In this document: positions 24,235 through 42,659 of the stretch, piece by piece
How the letters are laid out: the number at the start of each line of letters is the position of its first letter
How positions within the stretch are numbered: position 1 is the first letter of the stretch
Assembly (NCBI GenBank): GCA_043228905.1
Contig: JBHGNT010000017.1
Coordinates: forward strand, 16,492,001 to 16,556,000
DNA length: 64,000 nucleotides
Direction: 5' to 3'
DNA from: Azolla caroliniana
Taxonomy: Eukaryota > Plantae > Polypodiophyta
Translations under genes and position numbers: made by a program
Notes under the pieces: generated by a model
The model's database searches: none
What the model was told of the DNA's origin: nothing
What the model saw: the letters and a program-made list of their open reading frames with translations, nothing else

Positions 24235-24290
24235 ACTACTACACACTCTCTCTCTTTTTCTCTATCTCACACACTCTGTCTCTCTGAAAG
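23365..24290. repeat. Compound (CA)n/(CT)n microsatellite with higher-order periodicity
   Basis: Alternating CA and CT runs joined by recurring TATCA and ACAATCACTCACTCTCTATA linkers; followed by (TGTC)n(TGCC)n at ~24340-24375. Confidence 0.95.
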
Positions 24291-24548
24291 ACATACATAT
24301 GTATGTATATACATACTTCCTCCTTCCCTCTTGTGTCTGTGTCTGTCTGTCTGTCTGTCTGCCTGCCTGCCTGCCTCCCTAGTCTTAAAAGTCTCTTCTA
24401 TTCCCGTGTCTATATACAGTTCATCTCTCTCTACTCTGTTTTATGTCCCCCTGTTCTTCTCTGCTCTGTTACTATTTCCTCTGCGAGCCTGCTCTCCTTT
24501 TTCCATGCTTCTTCATCACAAGTAGTTCTGATTCAGTAAGCTCAAACC

Positions 24549-30295
<5,747 letters not shown>

Positions 30296-32074
30296 AAAAC
30301 AAAGAAAAAAGACTCATTTTTTTGTTTGTCTTTCATGTGTACACTTTCGATGAACTATATATATACACACACAAGGTCTACATGCAAAACAACCTACTAG
30401 TTCAGCCCAACTGTTTTTTATTCGAATGGGAATTGAGAAGGCAGAATATATTTCATCTGCAACAATGACCACTATTGTTTCTCATTCAACTGGGCCTTAA
30501 AAAACAGAGCATCCCTTCACTCCCAAATGATAAAATATGTCAAGGAAATGATGAAGCATATGAGGGTATTCTATCATCAAAGTATTACATAAAATAGTGT
30601 GTAGTTCTTTTCTTTTCCTAGGAGCTGTATACACATTGGTACATTCTAAATGCTTATTGAGAAGATCACAAGATAATGAAATGAGCATTGATAGTATATG
30701 GTATATTGTTCCTAATTGTTTGAATGTTGCGGTGTACAACAATGAATAATGCAGTTCCTGATCCTCCTAGTTTTGTGGTGTACTTTGATGAAACACTTCA
30801 GGGAGACTGAAATCTACTTGATTATAGGTGGATATTTTTGGTACAATGGGCTTTGGTCTTTCAACTTGTTGCAAGTGATTGGTGGCGATTTGTTCAGTTT
30901 TTCCATTAAGCGTTTTGTGAATTGCCTTGGGTTATACACATGATAGGCGATGAATTCTTTGAAATTGGAAGGAAAAATGAGAAGAATGTCAATTCTTTCA
31001 TTCGGCTGTTCATGAATTTCCCATGTTTCAATACCAAGTACACAACAAATACTTTGAAACAGGAAAGCTAATGAGTTTCATCCAACATTTTAATATTTGG
31101 ACAGCCTTTAGACTAGAGATCGAATGAAATTGTGATTTGGATGAGACGAAAACTAATGGCCTATTTAGAAATGATGAGAGATTAGAAATGTTCCACGAAA
31201 GCATTAAACTCCAAATTTCATCCCAAATTCATGGGTCAGGTGTAAAGTTGACATGTAAATATTTGTAGCATGGAGCATAATAGCCACCTTACCTTCATTC
31301 TAGTGGTACAAAGGAATGGACAAGAATACACGATCACTAAAATGGCCCCAACCTTTTGGATATTTACTATGATACCCTTTAACTTGCAAAATATGTGAGC
31401 CTATCAAACCTTGTCAAACTCGTGTATTTTTGTGATTACCTTTTTGTTTGCTAAACAAAACATTGGACCATGTCTATTACATGGGACCTCAAACAATTGC
31501 TTGACACTTCAGGCTTGGCCCTATCCATTCCACCCCTTGAAAGTGCCACCTCTCATCTATAAGTTTAGTGTTCTCATAGCTACTTAACATTATAAAAGGG
31601 TAGAGAACAACAATGGTGATAGTTTAGCACTTTTTCATAGCATCTTTCTACTCGTATATGATCCCAAATTGGAATCTTCGGTGGTTTATGGGGGGGGGGG
31701 TATGGAGATCAACATAGAGTAGTTACCATAATACCCCCCTTGGACTTTTGGATATCTACCAAAAGACCCAAACCTTTTGGATATTTACCACGATACCCCC
31801 TAATCTTTTTGAGATTTCCTAGCATTGTTAGGATGTTTACTACAATGCCTATTTACCCTTTGGAGAACAACACAAAAAGATTGCAAATGATGAATTGCTT
31901 GGACAGTACGGTTTTTGACATTTTCCCGTACAGAAAGCTTTATACAGTTGTCATGAGGTTTGAGCACTAAAAGGTGAAACTCGATTGGCCAAATATACGT
32001 GGGACACCCTAGCAAGAAGACACCTTTGTTTATGACAGAAGGAAAGACTGAAATACCATAAACTTGTTGCATAT

Positions 32075-32296
32075 TGAGCTTTCTCTCTTTTGCATATTTA
32101 CCAAAACTACCCCTCAAACTGAGCTTTCTTTCTTTTGCATATTTACCAAAACCACCCCTCAAACTGAGCTTTCTTTCTTTGCATATTTTACCAAAACTAC
32201 CCCTCAAACTGAGCTTTCTTTCTTTGCAAATTTACCAAAACTACCCCTCAAACTAATCTTTCTCTCTTTTGCATATTTAGCAAACATACCCCTAAC
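32075..32296. repeat. ~45-bp tandem minisatellite, about 5 copies, upstream of the LysM gene
   Basis: Unit TGAGCTTTCTTTCTTTTGCATATTTACCAAAACTACCCCTCAAAC. Confidence 0.9.
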
Positions 32297-32470
32297 CTTT
32301 TTCCTGTTTTTTTTTAATTGTGAAATATTTTCTTTTTTGTGTGGTGTGAAATGAGCTCTGTTTTTTATTTTATTTTTGCTCCTTTTTATTTTCTTCAATT
32401 TGTTTCTCTTCTTTGTAAAGAAGAAGAAGAAGAAGAAGAAGAAACAGAGGCAGAAAACAGAGGAAGAGAT

Positions 32471-33419
32471 ATGTCAGGAGCTAAACCTGATAAGGACAAT
32501 GGAATTGTGGCCAGAGCTGCAGGATTTGTGGTGCTGGGTGGAGTGGCATGGAGCCTTTACAAATCTGTTGGCCCTTTGATCCTCGACTCGAAGAAGAGGA
32601 TCATCAAGTCCTCTCGTGGTGGTAAGAGCTATGACATCCTCAAAGGAGACACTCTGTTCTCTATTTCTCAGAGAAATGGGGTAAGCTCTTCTAACCCCTA
32701 TCCTTCTCTCTCTCTCTCTCTGTATTTCTGTTCATTTGGGCTTCTTGTTATTAGAGTTTAGGGTTTAGGGTTTAGGGTTTCTTGATAGCTCTATCATGTC
32801 TTAAAAGTAGCAAGGATGTATAGGCATTGCATTCCTCGGATATATTGCGTCCTATAATGGGATTTTTATATGAACTTATCGAAATTGAAGGAGTGCTTGA
32901 CACTTATGCATGTTTTCTACATGGTGAACTGAGATAATACAAAAAGCTCCAAAACCATACACAGTGCACTAAATGAGGTTCATTAAGGGGTTTTGGCGAA
33001 GTAGGGGACTTCATCGCATAGCGAAAATGAGAGGGAAAATATGATAAGTTCGGTAATAGTTCTGGACTAAGAATGTACCTCGAAATTAAGAGTGGATTGG
33101 TTTGCAAAGAGAGTGGCATATGCATTGGATTTTGGCATCAGGAAAATGTGTGCAGTGAATGGTATGGTCTAGTGATGGCTTTATGACTTCCTAACCTTTG
33201 TATGTGAATGTAACTTCATGAAATTGATTAACACTAGGGTAAGGTCTTATCATTCATGGCATTCGGAACCCCCCATTGGCACTCCTATGATCCAATTTCT
33301 TATACATTTTTCCTTTTTGTACTTTGTGAATGTAGGTTTCTGTGGAGGCTCTAAAATCTGCGAATGGACTTGTTGAAGATGACATTTATGCGGGTGACAC
33401 GATCATCATACCGAAGTGA
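32471..33419 (+). CDS. Small single-LysM-domain protein with an N-terminal hydrophobic anchor (97 aa, 2 exons)
   Basis: Exons 32471-32680 and 33336-33419 (GT-AG, phase 0) give MSGAKP..AAGFVVLGGVAWSLYK..SYDILKGDTLFSISQRNG|VSVEALKSANGLVEDDIYAGDTIIIPK*, matching the LysM consensus. (GAA)n in the 5' UTR. Confidence 0.9.
32757..32777 (+). promoter_or_regulatory. Short interstitial telomere motif (telo-box) in the first intron
   Basis: (TTTAGGG)x3. Confidence 0.7.
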
Positions 33420-35406
33420 AGATTTCTGCAAAATCAGTGCAAAATGTTAGCATCATTCTTACCCAGTTAGAATTGCGCACTATATGCATCTCTCTCCTTG
33501 TATCACAATTGCAGCCCCTTGGTTAATAGATCACCTCCTTGTACATTTAGAGAATTTGCTCACACAGTGAATGTGTTGTACCCCGCGGGTTCCATCTTTC
33601 ATGTAATTCGTGCATAACAATTGTTGAGGTTTTTTTCTTTCTCATTCTTTTGTCTCAATGAAACATCAAGTAGCATGTTGTTAGTTTTGGTTATTGATTA
33701 TGCCAATGAATACATCTGATCAATTTGATATAGTTTTATGATCATCCACCCACCCAGTCCCAAAACTTCTATTTTCACAGTAATATCTTCAGTCCATGCT
33801 TGTTATTGAATACAATTTTTTGCTTATGCTGATTGAATATCTGCTGGAATACTTGAGAGAAGCTTATATATATGCATGGCATGCTAATATGTATATTGCT
33901 TACATTAGAAGCTTATGATTGAGAAAATTTATCTTTTAACAATTCAATTTAGGAAAATGTGGCCTTCTCCTAAAGTTTCAATTGAATTGCATTCTTTCTG
34001 GCTCCTGTTCTTTTCTTCATGGTCAAGAATATCCATCACATGTAATCATGCTACATCCAACAGAATGTGTGCTCTTTCATTCACTTCATCTCATGGTTCT
34101 TTCGATAGAATGTATGCTCCTTACAAGTCAGAGGTTGTTCCTTTGTTGTAATATTGAGAGTCCAAATTTGGGAATCCTTTCACAATCTAAAGCCTAATAT
34201 GTTTAATTTAAGTAAATTTTTGACGGTGTTTTGTGAGAATCAAATCATACTGGCTACCTACACAAAACAGTTTGGGAACTGATAATTTTCCATCAATAAT
34301 ACCCTTAATCATAAATAATATAGGTTTCACGAGTTTCTATTTTGAGAGAGGACAAAAGATAAGGAATAGACCACATCTACACTCGGAAGAATCCTTGAGC
34401 TTATAATCAATTTCTCCAACCCCAAAACTTGATGGAGCTGCCTGTCACCTCCAATTTGTGATAAGATACTCCCAAACTGCAGCATTGGATGCAACAACCT
34501 CAATGATTAAAGGCTTGTTTAGATCAATGTTGGTCAAAATGAGGCCAAATGTATATGCTCACTTTAAGCTATTTAAACACCTTCATAACGAGGTCCATCT
34601 ATCCCATTTATAGAAAAGAATTGAGAAAATGTGGTTGGTTCTCAAGCTAAGTTTAAGAATATTTTCATGATATTAATCAAATTGCTTTAAAAAACAGGAT
34701 TTAGTGACGTATATAATTATTCAGTCCTCCGACATATTTGATGTAAAAGAGAACCTGATCTTGATGTAGTACCAACCCATGACTCATCTGGTAAATTTGA
34801 TCATTTGTTGTCAATTTATGTCCAAATGACCCACAAAAGTTCCTTATCATTTACTGTTCAAAGTTCAACAGTTAAACTATGATTGTAAATCCAATAATAG
34901 GATTTGCCCATTCTTTCTGCATATCCAGGGAATCATTAGCCTTTACACTTCTGCAATACTCTTGAGCAGGCTGTGCCATGTATTTGGTCATGTTTTTACC
35001 AATACATCCTATAAAAAGAGCAACATGATAGCATCACACTAGTATTAACAAATTATCATTTATTAGAAAGTTGTTTAAGCATTCTGGAGGCAAACCATGT
35101 TCATGATTTGGGTTTCATGAAGCAGAAGATAAAGAATCACACAGCATCCCACAGCATCCAACTCCAAACATGTTTGCAAAGAATTTTTTATATTAAGCAA
35201 CCGTGAGTTTTATTAGTATAAAACATGAAATTGTTAGCTGCTTCCTATACATACAGAATGATGTTTGAAAGGGAAAGTTACAGAAAGAAATAAAAAGAAC
35301 CAGCAGTTTTCTTGAGAAACTCATCAAATCTCAAGATATTTCCTTTCACAACAATTATGAATATACACGATACTCGGCTTCAAAATCATCGCGTGCATTT
35401 TAATCT

Positions 35407-36303
35407 TCAAGTTACAAAAAAGGAACTTCTTTTCTGGGTCTCAAAATCAATGGCTGAAAGATGTGTTTGCATAAACTCCACATCTTTCTTTATCCTCTTG
35501 ATCAATTGATCTGGAAGACAATGTAGCTCTCTCTATATCTCTATCTCTCTCGCTCTCAAGAAATCTGCATCTATATAAAACCATCTACATACCCACAGAA
35601 GAGAACCGCATCTCCTCTCGAATGAACCCCAAGACAGCTATACGTAACTCCTTGCCATAGAAGTCCCCTTCATAATCATGTACGATATGTACCTCCTGTC
35701 CAAAAGCAATAATAAATAGTGCTAAAACACTACATACATTCAAGCATCTAAAGACTAGTCCAGAAGTAAATGACTAATGTTATCAAAACTGGTTTATGTA
35801 AAACCCAGAGAAAATTTGAGGTGAATGACTACTATCATTCTCATAGGATAAAAAATGAAATCATTCTACAAGACAACTGGTTACCAGTGAGATATTGTGA
35901 CCATTCTGAAAGGTTGGTCGATTCCCAATGTTCATAACCATCCTATAGATACCAGAATCTATACCAGATCCAATTATTTGGGCACATCCATAATAAACTC
36001 CATTGGTTAATTTGGTAATGCTCAAGGGAAGACTGTCCACAGAGAGATTCGCTGAAAAAATAAAATAGATGTAAACAGCCTAAAATGCCTGAGTCTTGCT
36101 AGTGCTCATCAATTTCTTATTTCATTAGCCTCGTCTTTCACAGGATCGTTATTGATTCTTCAACATATTCAGTTTACCTAACAAAAATCAAATCCATGGC
36201 ACTCAATACATTAACCGTTTACCTGTAGGAAATCCTAGTTGTTTGCTTCCTCGCCCAAAGCCATGAATAACGTTACCAGTTGCATAGAGAGGAAAATGTT
36301 TCT
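35407..36303 (-). CDS. RFK: Riboflavin kinase (flavokinase) domain, 4 exons; 5' end unresolved
   Basis: Exons 36303-36223, 36051-35885, 35695-35593 and 35510-35407 splice in frame: [70 protein letters not shown]..*. Confidence 0.93.
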
Positions 36304-39300
36304 CTGCAAAAAGAAGAAATATATGAACCTTTGTATTAAGTACAATACATTAGAATGAGAATGATCCCTCTCCACCTCCCTTTCGACATTATATCCAGTG
36401 ATAGCATTGTCAGATCCAGAGCATCAATATTTTACAAGGCACCTTAAAATAGAAGATACCGATGTCATTCTAGAGAGGTGCAAGTGGAAGTCCTTGTTCT
36501 ATTTAACCTAAGCACACCTTTTTCTCTCTTGATATCAGACTCTTTATCACATCTCATCGGGATATTGTTTCGTTGGTATAATAGGTCCTTTTGACATTTT
36601 CAAAGTCATTTCAAGAACTAAAGATAACGTTTCCACATCTATAATGCCTTAGTAAAAAATATCACTGTAAGATAGTTACTAAATGGGATAACATTCAAAA
36701 TACCCAACTATTTTCTTCATATCCCTAAATGCCCCTAAGTATTTGTTATTTCTGAAAATAACTCAGTGAAACCCTACAAGAGAAAAAAAGGGGACGAATT
36801 GACCATATAGGTGCTCAACTAAAAAATAGCACATATAATTGAGTGGAAGGAGATGAAATAGCACATATTATAGCTCAATACAGGGTTGCCAAGGCAATCA
36901 TAGAAATAGTAAATGGTTAGGGGAATTTGGGGAAGTCATAAAAGACCCTTGGGTATTTCCAAGTTTTTGACAGGTAGAAATATGGCTTACCATTAGGATA
37001 CAGCCTAAACAAGAAAAACATTAGCTGAAATTGCACCTTTGCTAGAAGCAATGTGTTTGACATCTGCTTTGATTCCTCTATGATCTGCTCCATTAAACTG
37101 AAATCACACCATTGGTTTCTTACTTGCCAGAAATATAACAATCTAGTCATAAACTATAAGTATTTGATCTAGTGGGCTGCCCGAAGACTGCTGAACACAC
37201 AATTCAAATTTCCATTGCTTAGGCAAGAAATTTAATAAAAAAACAGATTATTTCAGTTGCAGTAGATATTAACTATGCAGAAAACAGAGAATACACGGAC
37301 AGATATCTATATTAGAGACAGATATATCTTAGAAATAGCAGAGCACCAAAGCTCAATTACAATAGAAGGTTTGATACAACAAGAGCTCTAGCTCATATGC
37401 CCCTAAACCTCTATAGCAATTATTTTAGATGAGTTAAAGCTCTGGATATCCCACTCTTTAAAGTGAGGACGTTGTAACAAATACACCTCTCTTATTCCTT
37501 TCAGCTCATCACGACCTATGGACAACAATCACTTGACAAAAGCCTATAAAAAGTTAATTGTTTTGTAATGTTGGGAATTTCTTTTCATTAATAAAAATAT
37601 CACACTGTCTCTCTTCTTCTTCATTTCTCTGCCCATTGGGGGTGGCAGAGCCTTGACGAACACCATTGACATTCCTTAAGTTCCAGAAACATCTCCTTTC
37701 ATTCATCATGTGTGGCTCCATCCACTATCCACGAGCTATGTGTCTCCTGATGCATCTGTACTTGAGGAAACAGATTGCAAATCCAATACTATTTGCGTCC
37801 TCCAGTAGCCACAGCTCCAACCTCACATATTCAGCTGAATGCACAGACGTCTTCCTGGTTGGTTATAATCAACAAGCGTTGGAATCTTGGATTCTGACTT
37901 TGCAGCACCTTCAGCTTACCACCTTTCTCTCTATCACATCTAGCACAGAATGCAAAAATGCAAATTTGACTCTTGACATGTCCCTATCTGTTTCTTTTCT
38001 TCTTGAAGTAATGCAAAGAAAGCTTCAATCCTAATGACTAACTCGTTTATCACATTAAATACATCATTTTAAGTAGTAAACTTCGTAGTGGTCAATGATA
38101 TCAGACATACGGCAAGTTTTGGAGATGCAACAATATGATACAATATTTGTCCTCGCCACAAATACATTTGGTCTAAAATTATGGAACAACTTCAATTGTT
38201 TACCCTTGTGCCACCATTTGAAGCATTAAATAGGATTTGTGATTGGCAATTCAAGTGAAGCAATGTGCTGTGACAAATATATGGTTTCACTATCAGCTGC
38301 CAGCATCTACAAACTTATTAAGGATACAGTTAATGATTAAGGAAATAGATATATAAATATAGGAAAGAAATTGTTTAAGGCCACTTTCCCACCCAACCAC
38401 CCCAAGCAAACGAATTCAGGCAGATCCTAAACATCATCAGCATCCCACAACACCAGATATTTCAGAAGATCGGATGCAATCAACATGTTGATATTGTAAC
38501 AAGAGCCTCGTTGTGCTACTGGTGTCTCGCAGCATTCCTATAGAGAAGTTTGCCTCCTTCTCTTAATGAGGTTAGCTACTCCTCATTTTATAACTGCAAA
38601 CCCTTAGGTCCTTAGGTCACCACATGTTATCGTGTCTCATGACTTTATGTGAGTTGCCACAATTCCTAAAACCCCTTTAAAACCATTAGAAACTAATGCT
38701 TAATATATTATGGTTCTGCATACAGCAAAACTACGTCTTCCCTATCTTTGGGTACAGGTTCATGGAAATCCTTTATGGTAAATTACCATATAGAAAGCAT
38801 GGTCGAAGAAAAGACTTATTAGACTTTGGAGTATATGTTTACCACTTTAAAATGGTGTCCTTGTGGAGATGCTTATTGGTTATTCTTCTCATAGAATCTC
38901 ACCAAGAGAAAAGGAGAATAATTCATTCTCTTTGCAGTAGGTGTCTGAAAGAGTTGTAAGCAACGATTCACTTGTTGACTTGTACATCAGCAAAAGCTTG
39001 TATCCATCAACTAAAGGTCAATCTTCATCACAAGTTTCCCAGCATGAAGTTTGGCTGTTAGTTTTCTAAGTTTCTTTCCCAATAATTTACGCATTGATGC
39101 CCTCTTTTTCCATTAGATAAGATTTGGCCACTATGGACCATTTGGATAACTTCAAATCATGTGGTAATTGGCCAACCACCTTATTGCTGACTTTCAATTC
39201 TTCAAGTTCTCTTTGAAATAACCTCATTTATGATTGTCTACAATTTGCAGCAATCCCTCTACATACATATATTTTAACTTTATTTTGAGTGCTTTTGAGT

Positions 39301-39598
39301 ACAAATATTTTGTATATTCTTCGTTTTTGTGGGTTCTTAATCCCAAATTGAGGTTTACTAGTAACATATGATTGCGAACAAAACAAGAAATAAACATACT
39401 AGATTTTGTACACTTGAAGTTAGGGAAACGCCCTTGGTCAATAAGTAATCCCTTCACATATATTTCAACTTTATTTTGAGTGCTTTTGAGTACTGATATT
39501 TTGTATATTCTTTATTTTTGTGTGTTTTTATCCTAAATTGTGGTTTGCCACTAGTAACATATGTATTGTGAACAAAACAAGAAGTAAAGTTACTAAAC

Positions 39599-42374
39599 CT
39601 TCAGAGCTGCAAGATAGAAATTTGGCATATCCTGGAAATTGATCAGCTCCAGAGGAAGTGTAGAAACCATTTTGATCAGCTCATCCTTGTTTGGAAGAAA
39701 TGATTGTAGAAGAGCTTGACTATGATCTTTAAGAGAATCCAGAATTGTTTTGCCCTGACCTAAGCTGATAACTACATTTCCACCTGGATTCCAACAAGGA
39801 CTCTGATTATCACCTTTGGATCTATATAACCACTATAAAATATAACAGATATCATATTTCAATCTATATTATGACCACAACATGTACAAATCAACTATGC
39901 TATCTTAAACTTTTAGATGATAATGCAACGTTTTCCCAATAAGGCTCACTAAATTTGACAAATTGACTTTTTAGCTTGCACGTGGCAATATTTATAGAGG
40001 AAACAAAACCTGACAAAAATATATGGAATTCCTATAACCTCATGGTGTTTCTTGTAATTCCTCGTTAATTTTAAGCAATGATGCATCACTGATGTTGTGG
40101 TGTATTTGGCACACACAAAGAATCATGACAAAACGAGTACCTATGACAAGAATAGCCATCGTAGGTTCAATTGTAGAAATGACCTAAAAGTCTGTGATAT
40201 TACAAAAATAATTAGTTGCAGGTTCAATTACAAAATGTTTGCAAAATGAAAAAAATCTGTGATATTACAACATAGCAAACGAAGAGCGCCTGAAAGAGAA
40301 AGTGAGAGCTTCTAAGGAGCAAAATGAGAGATTAAGGAGCACAAATGTTAAGTGATTAGCAAAAAGTCATGAAAGGCCAAAGTGATTAGCTATACTTTGA
40401 GGTTAACCTTGTCAGGAGGTTGAAAAAGCACATGCTTCAACTGGGGATTACCTAAGCTATTTCCTAATCTCTTTTACTTCTCTCTCCCAATCATCCTAAA
40501 ACTCTTTGTAAACTATAGTCTGCAAGTTCTGTAATCAAAGTTTTAGCCTCGATTCTAGGATTAGTATCTTCTAGTTCACTCAAATCTGGAGTTTGCTTGA
40601 TGTTTTGTTGTTCAAAAACTATATATGCTTATTTTGCAATTGTTTGTCGTGTACACACCACAACTCTTGTTTGACTTCATGCTCACTCCTGGTTCAAAAC
40701 CCTGGCTATGCACATGTATCTGTGATTCCGCAACCACAGCAGAAAAAGGTGTTCTCATTCACTCAAACAATGGTCAAATTTTTGAATTGGCTAGTCAGGA
40801 ACATTTATTCATCATAAATACATTAGAAGTTCTAGTAAATTCCTATAAAGTTTTGGTTTCTCTCTCATAATTTCTAATTATTTCATGCATGAAAAGAAAG
40901 TTTAATCGACTAGGAATGAAAAACTACTGAACACTGAATCCATTCCAAAAATGTAAGAATTGAATATGTGATATTTTGATTCCACTGCAATGCCTTATTT
41001 GTGATATTGTAAGAACTGAGCTTATCATCCATTTGCGGCCATATTGAATTTTAATGCAATATAAGAATCAAATATGTTATCTAATGCAATGTGCTGTCGC
41101 TATCAATGTAAGTTGTAACAATTAAGTATGCATATACATGATTTTTTAACTTGCTGTTACAAAATCAAATATTTTATCTATTGCAATCTGTTGTCACTAT
41201 CAATGTAGCAATTAAGTACACATATAATCAAAATTCTAAACTTACTGTTACAAAATTTGACGAGAATTATAAACATTTTCAAAACAATTATGGTATTTTC
41301 CTCAATTCTTTCTACAAAAAAAAATATCCATTCTCCCAAATTCCCATAGATATCAAATTTGTGGTATTCTCTACTCATAGTATCCTATAAAATCCAACAT
41401 AAACATATAAATTTTCCACAGAAGTTCCCATCAACATTTCTAATTTTTAAAGGAGTTATAGTAGAAAATATATACTTCAAATTTTACATGAATTTAGTGG
41501 AAAGTTTATATACTTCTGTTGTATCTATAGAAAATTGATAGAGAAACAATGGGAATTTATTATCAACAATTTACAGGAAATGAGTAGGTGTAAGGAAATT
41601 AATAGAATTTTAGTGCACAGCTGATTAGGAAAGTAGTAGCAAATTCAAAAAAAGCTTACCAGGTTTGCAATGTTTAGCTGCATCTTTAAGAATCGTAGAA
41701 AGAGATTTTGAGAATATTGGAAAATAGTTGAGGAAGATAGTATCAAAAGAACCTGAAATCTCGGAGAAATCAGTAGTGCTGATATAGAAGCATTTTGCTT
41801 CATCGTGCTTCTCTTTGATACTAGAAAGCACTTCAAGAGAAAAATGAACAACTTCGACTGGCATGCCTGGAAACTTTTTGAATATATGGTCAACAAATGC
41901 TTCGTTTCCTAATATAACAAGTATAGAAGAAGAAGAATAATCTTCCTCTGAAGGTATGGATGTGGATGGAGCTCCTGCTTCTATAATGCTTCGAATCTTC
42001 CCATCATCGGAGCTTTCAAGAAACTGGGAGTTTCTGCAACAGAAAGCTTCCAAAGGCGAGCTCAGCTCTTCACTTTCGAGGTGTTCAGAAGCAGAAGAAG
42101 ACAAGATGGAGAGAGTCTTCCGGCATCTGGCGAAGGTTCCTCTGAGAGGAATTCCGTTGTGTCCTGAGTTCCTTCCAGAAGATCGGTCACGTTTCGTCCA
42201 TTCGTCAGCAGAAGAAGAAGAAAAAGGAGGAGTGGAGGGGAAGAAGCAGAAGCGTGGTGAGGTCCTTGAGCTGCGAGGCCGCAGCTGAGGAAGGGGGCCA
42301 CCATGGAAGCTGGTGGGGGTGGAAGAAGAACAAGAACAAGAACAAGAAGAACAAGGGGTCACCATCGCCATCAT
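39599..42374 (-). CDS. Probable plastid-targeted protein with a degenerate SAM-methyltransferase-like fold (2 exons; may be the N-terminus of the RFK gene)
   Basis: Exon 42374-41660 (ATG; Ser/Arg/Pro-rich transit-peptide-like start; ..SFDTIFLNY..AKHCKPG) and exon 39783-39599 (GNVVISLGQG..FYLAALK) join in phase 1 with GT-AG sites. Confidence 0.82.
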
Positions 42375-42429
42375 CTGCGTCAGTATTGCAATCAAGACCT
42401 CACAACAACAACAGGAGGAAATGGGGTTT

Positions 42430-42464
42430 ATGCGAATGCGTATGCGTATGCGTATGCGTGTGTC

Positions 42465-42531
<67 letters not shown>

Positions 42532-42645
42532 GGGTATGGGTATGAGTATCTGTATGCGTATGCGTATGCGTATGTGTATGAGTATGTGTATGTGTGTATG
42601 CGTATGCGTATGCGTATGGGTATGGGTATGGGTATGTGTATGTGC
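42430..42645. repeat. Hexanucleotide microsatellite (TATGTG/TATGCG/TATGGG)n
   Basis: About 35 direct 6-mer units just upstream of the minus-strand gene start. Confidence 0.95.
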
Positions 42646-42659
42646 GTGAGTAATATAGA

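Noticed and set aside
23735-24382. His/Thr/Ser/Leu-rich ORFs
   Set aside because: Translations of a CA/CT microsatellite.
32075-32296. 45-bp repeats as a CRISPR array or coding repeat
   Set aside because: No spacers; the ORFs are artefacts of a near-triplet unit length.
32757-32777. Telomere or chromosome-fusion scar
   Set aside because: Only three units, in an intron near a gene start; fits a common telo-box.
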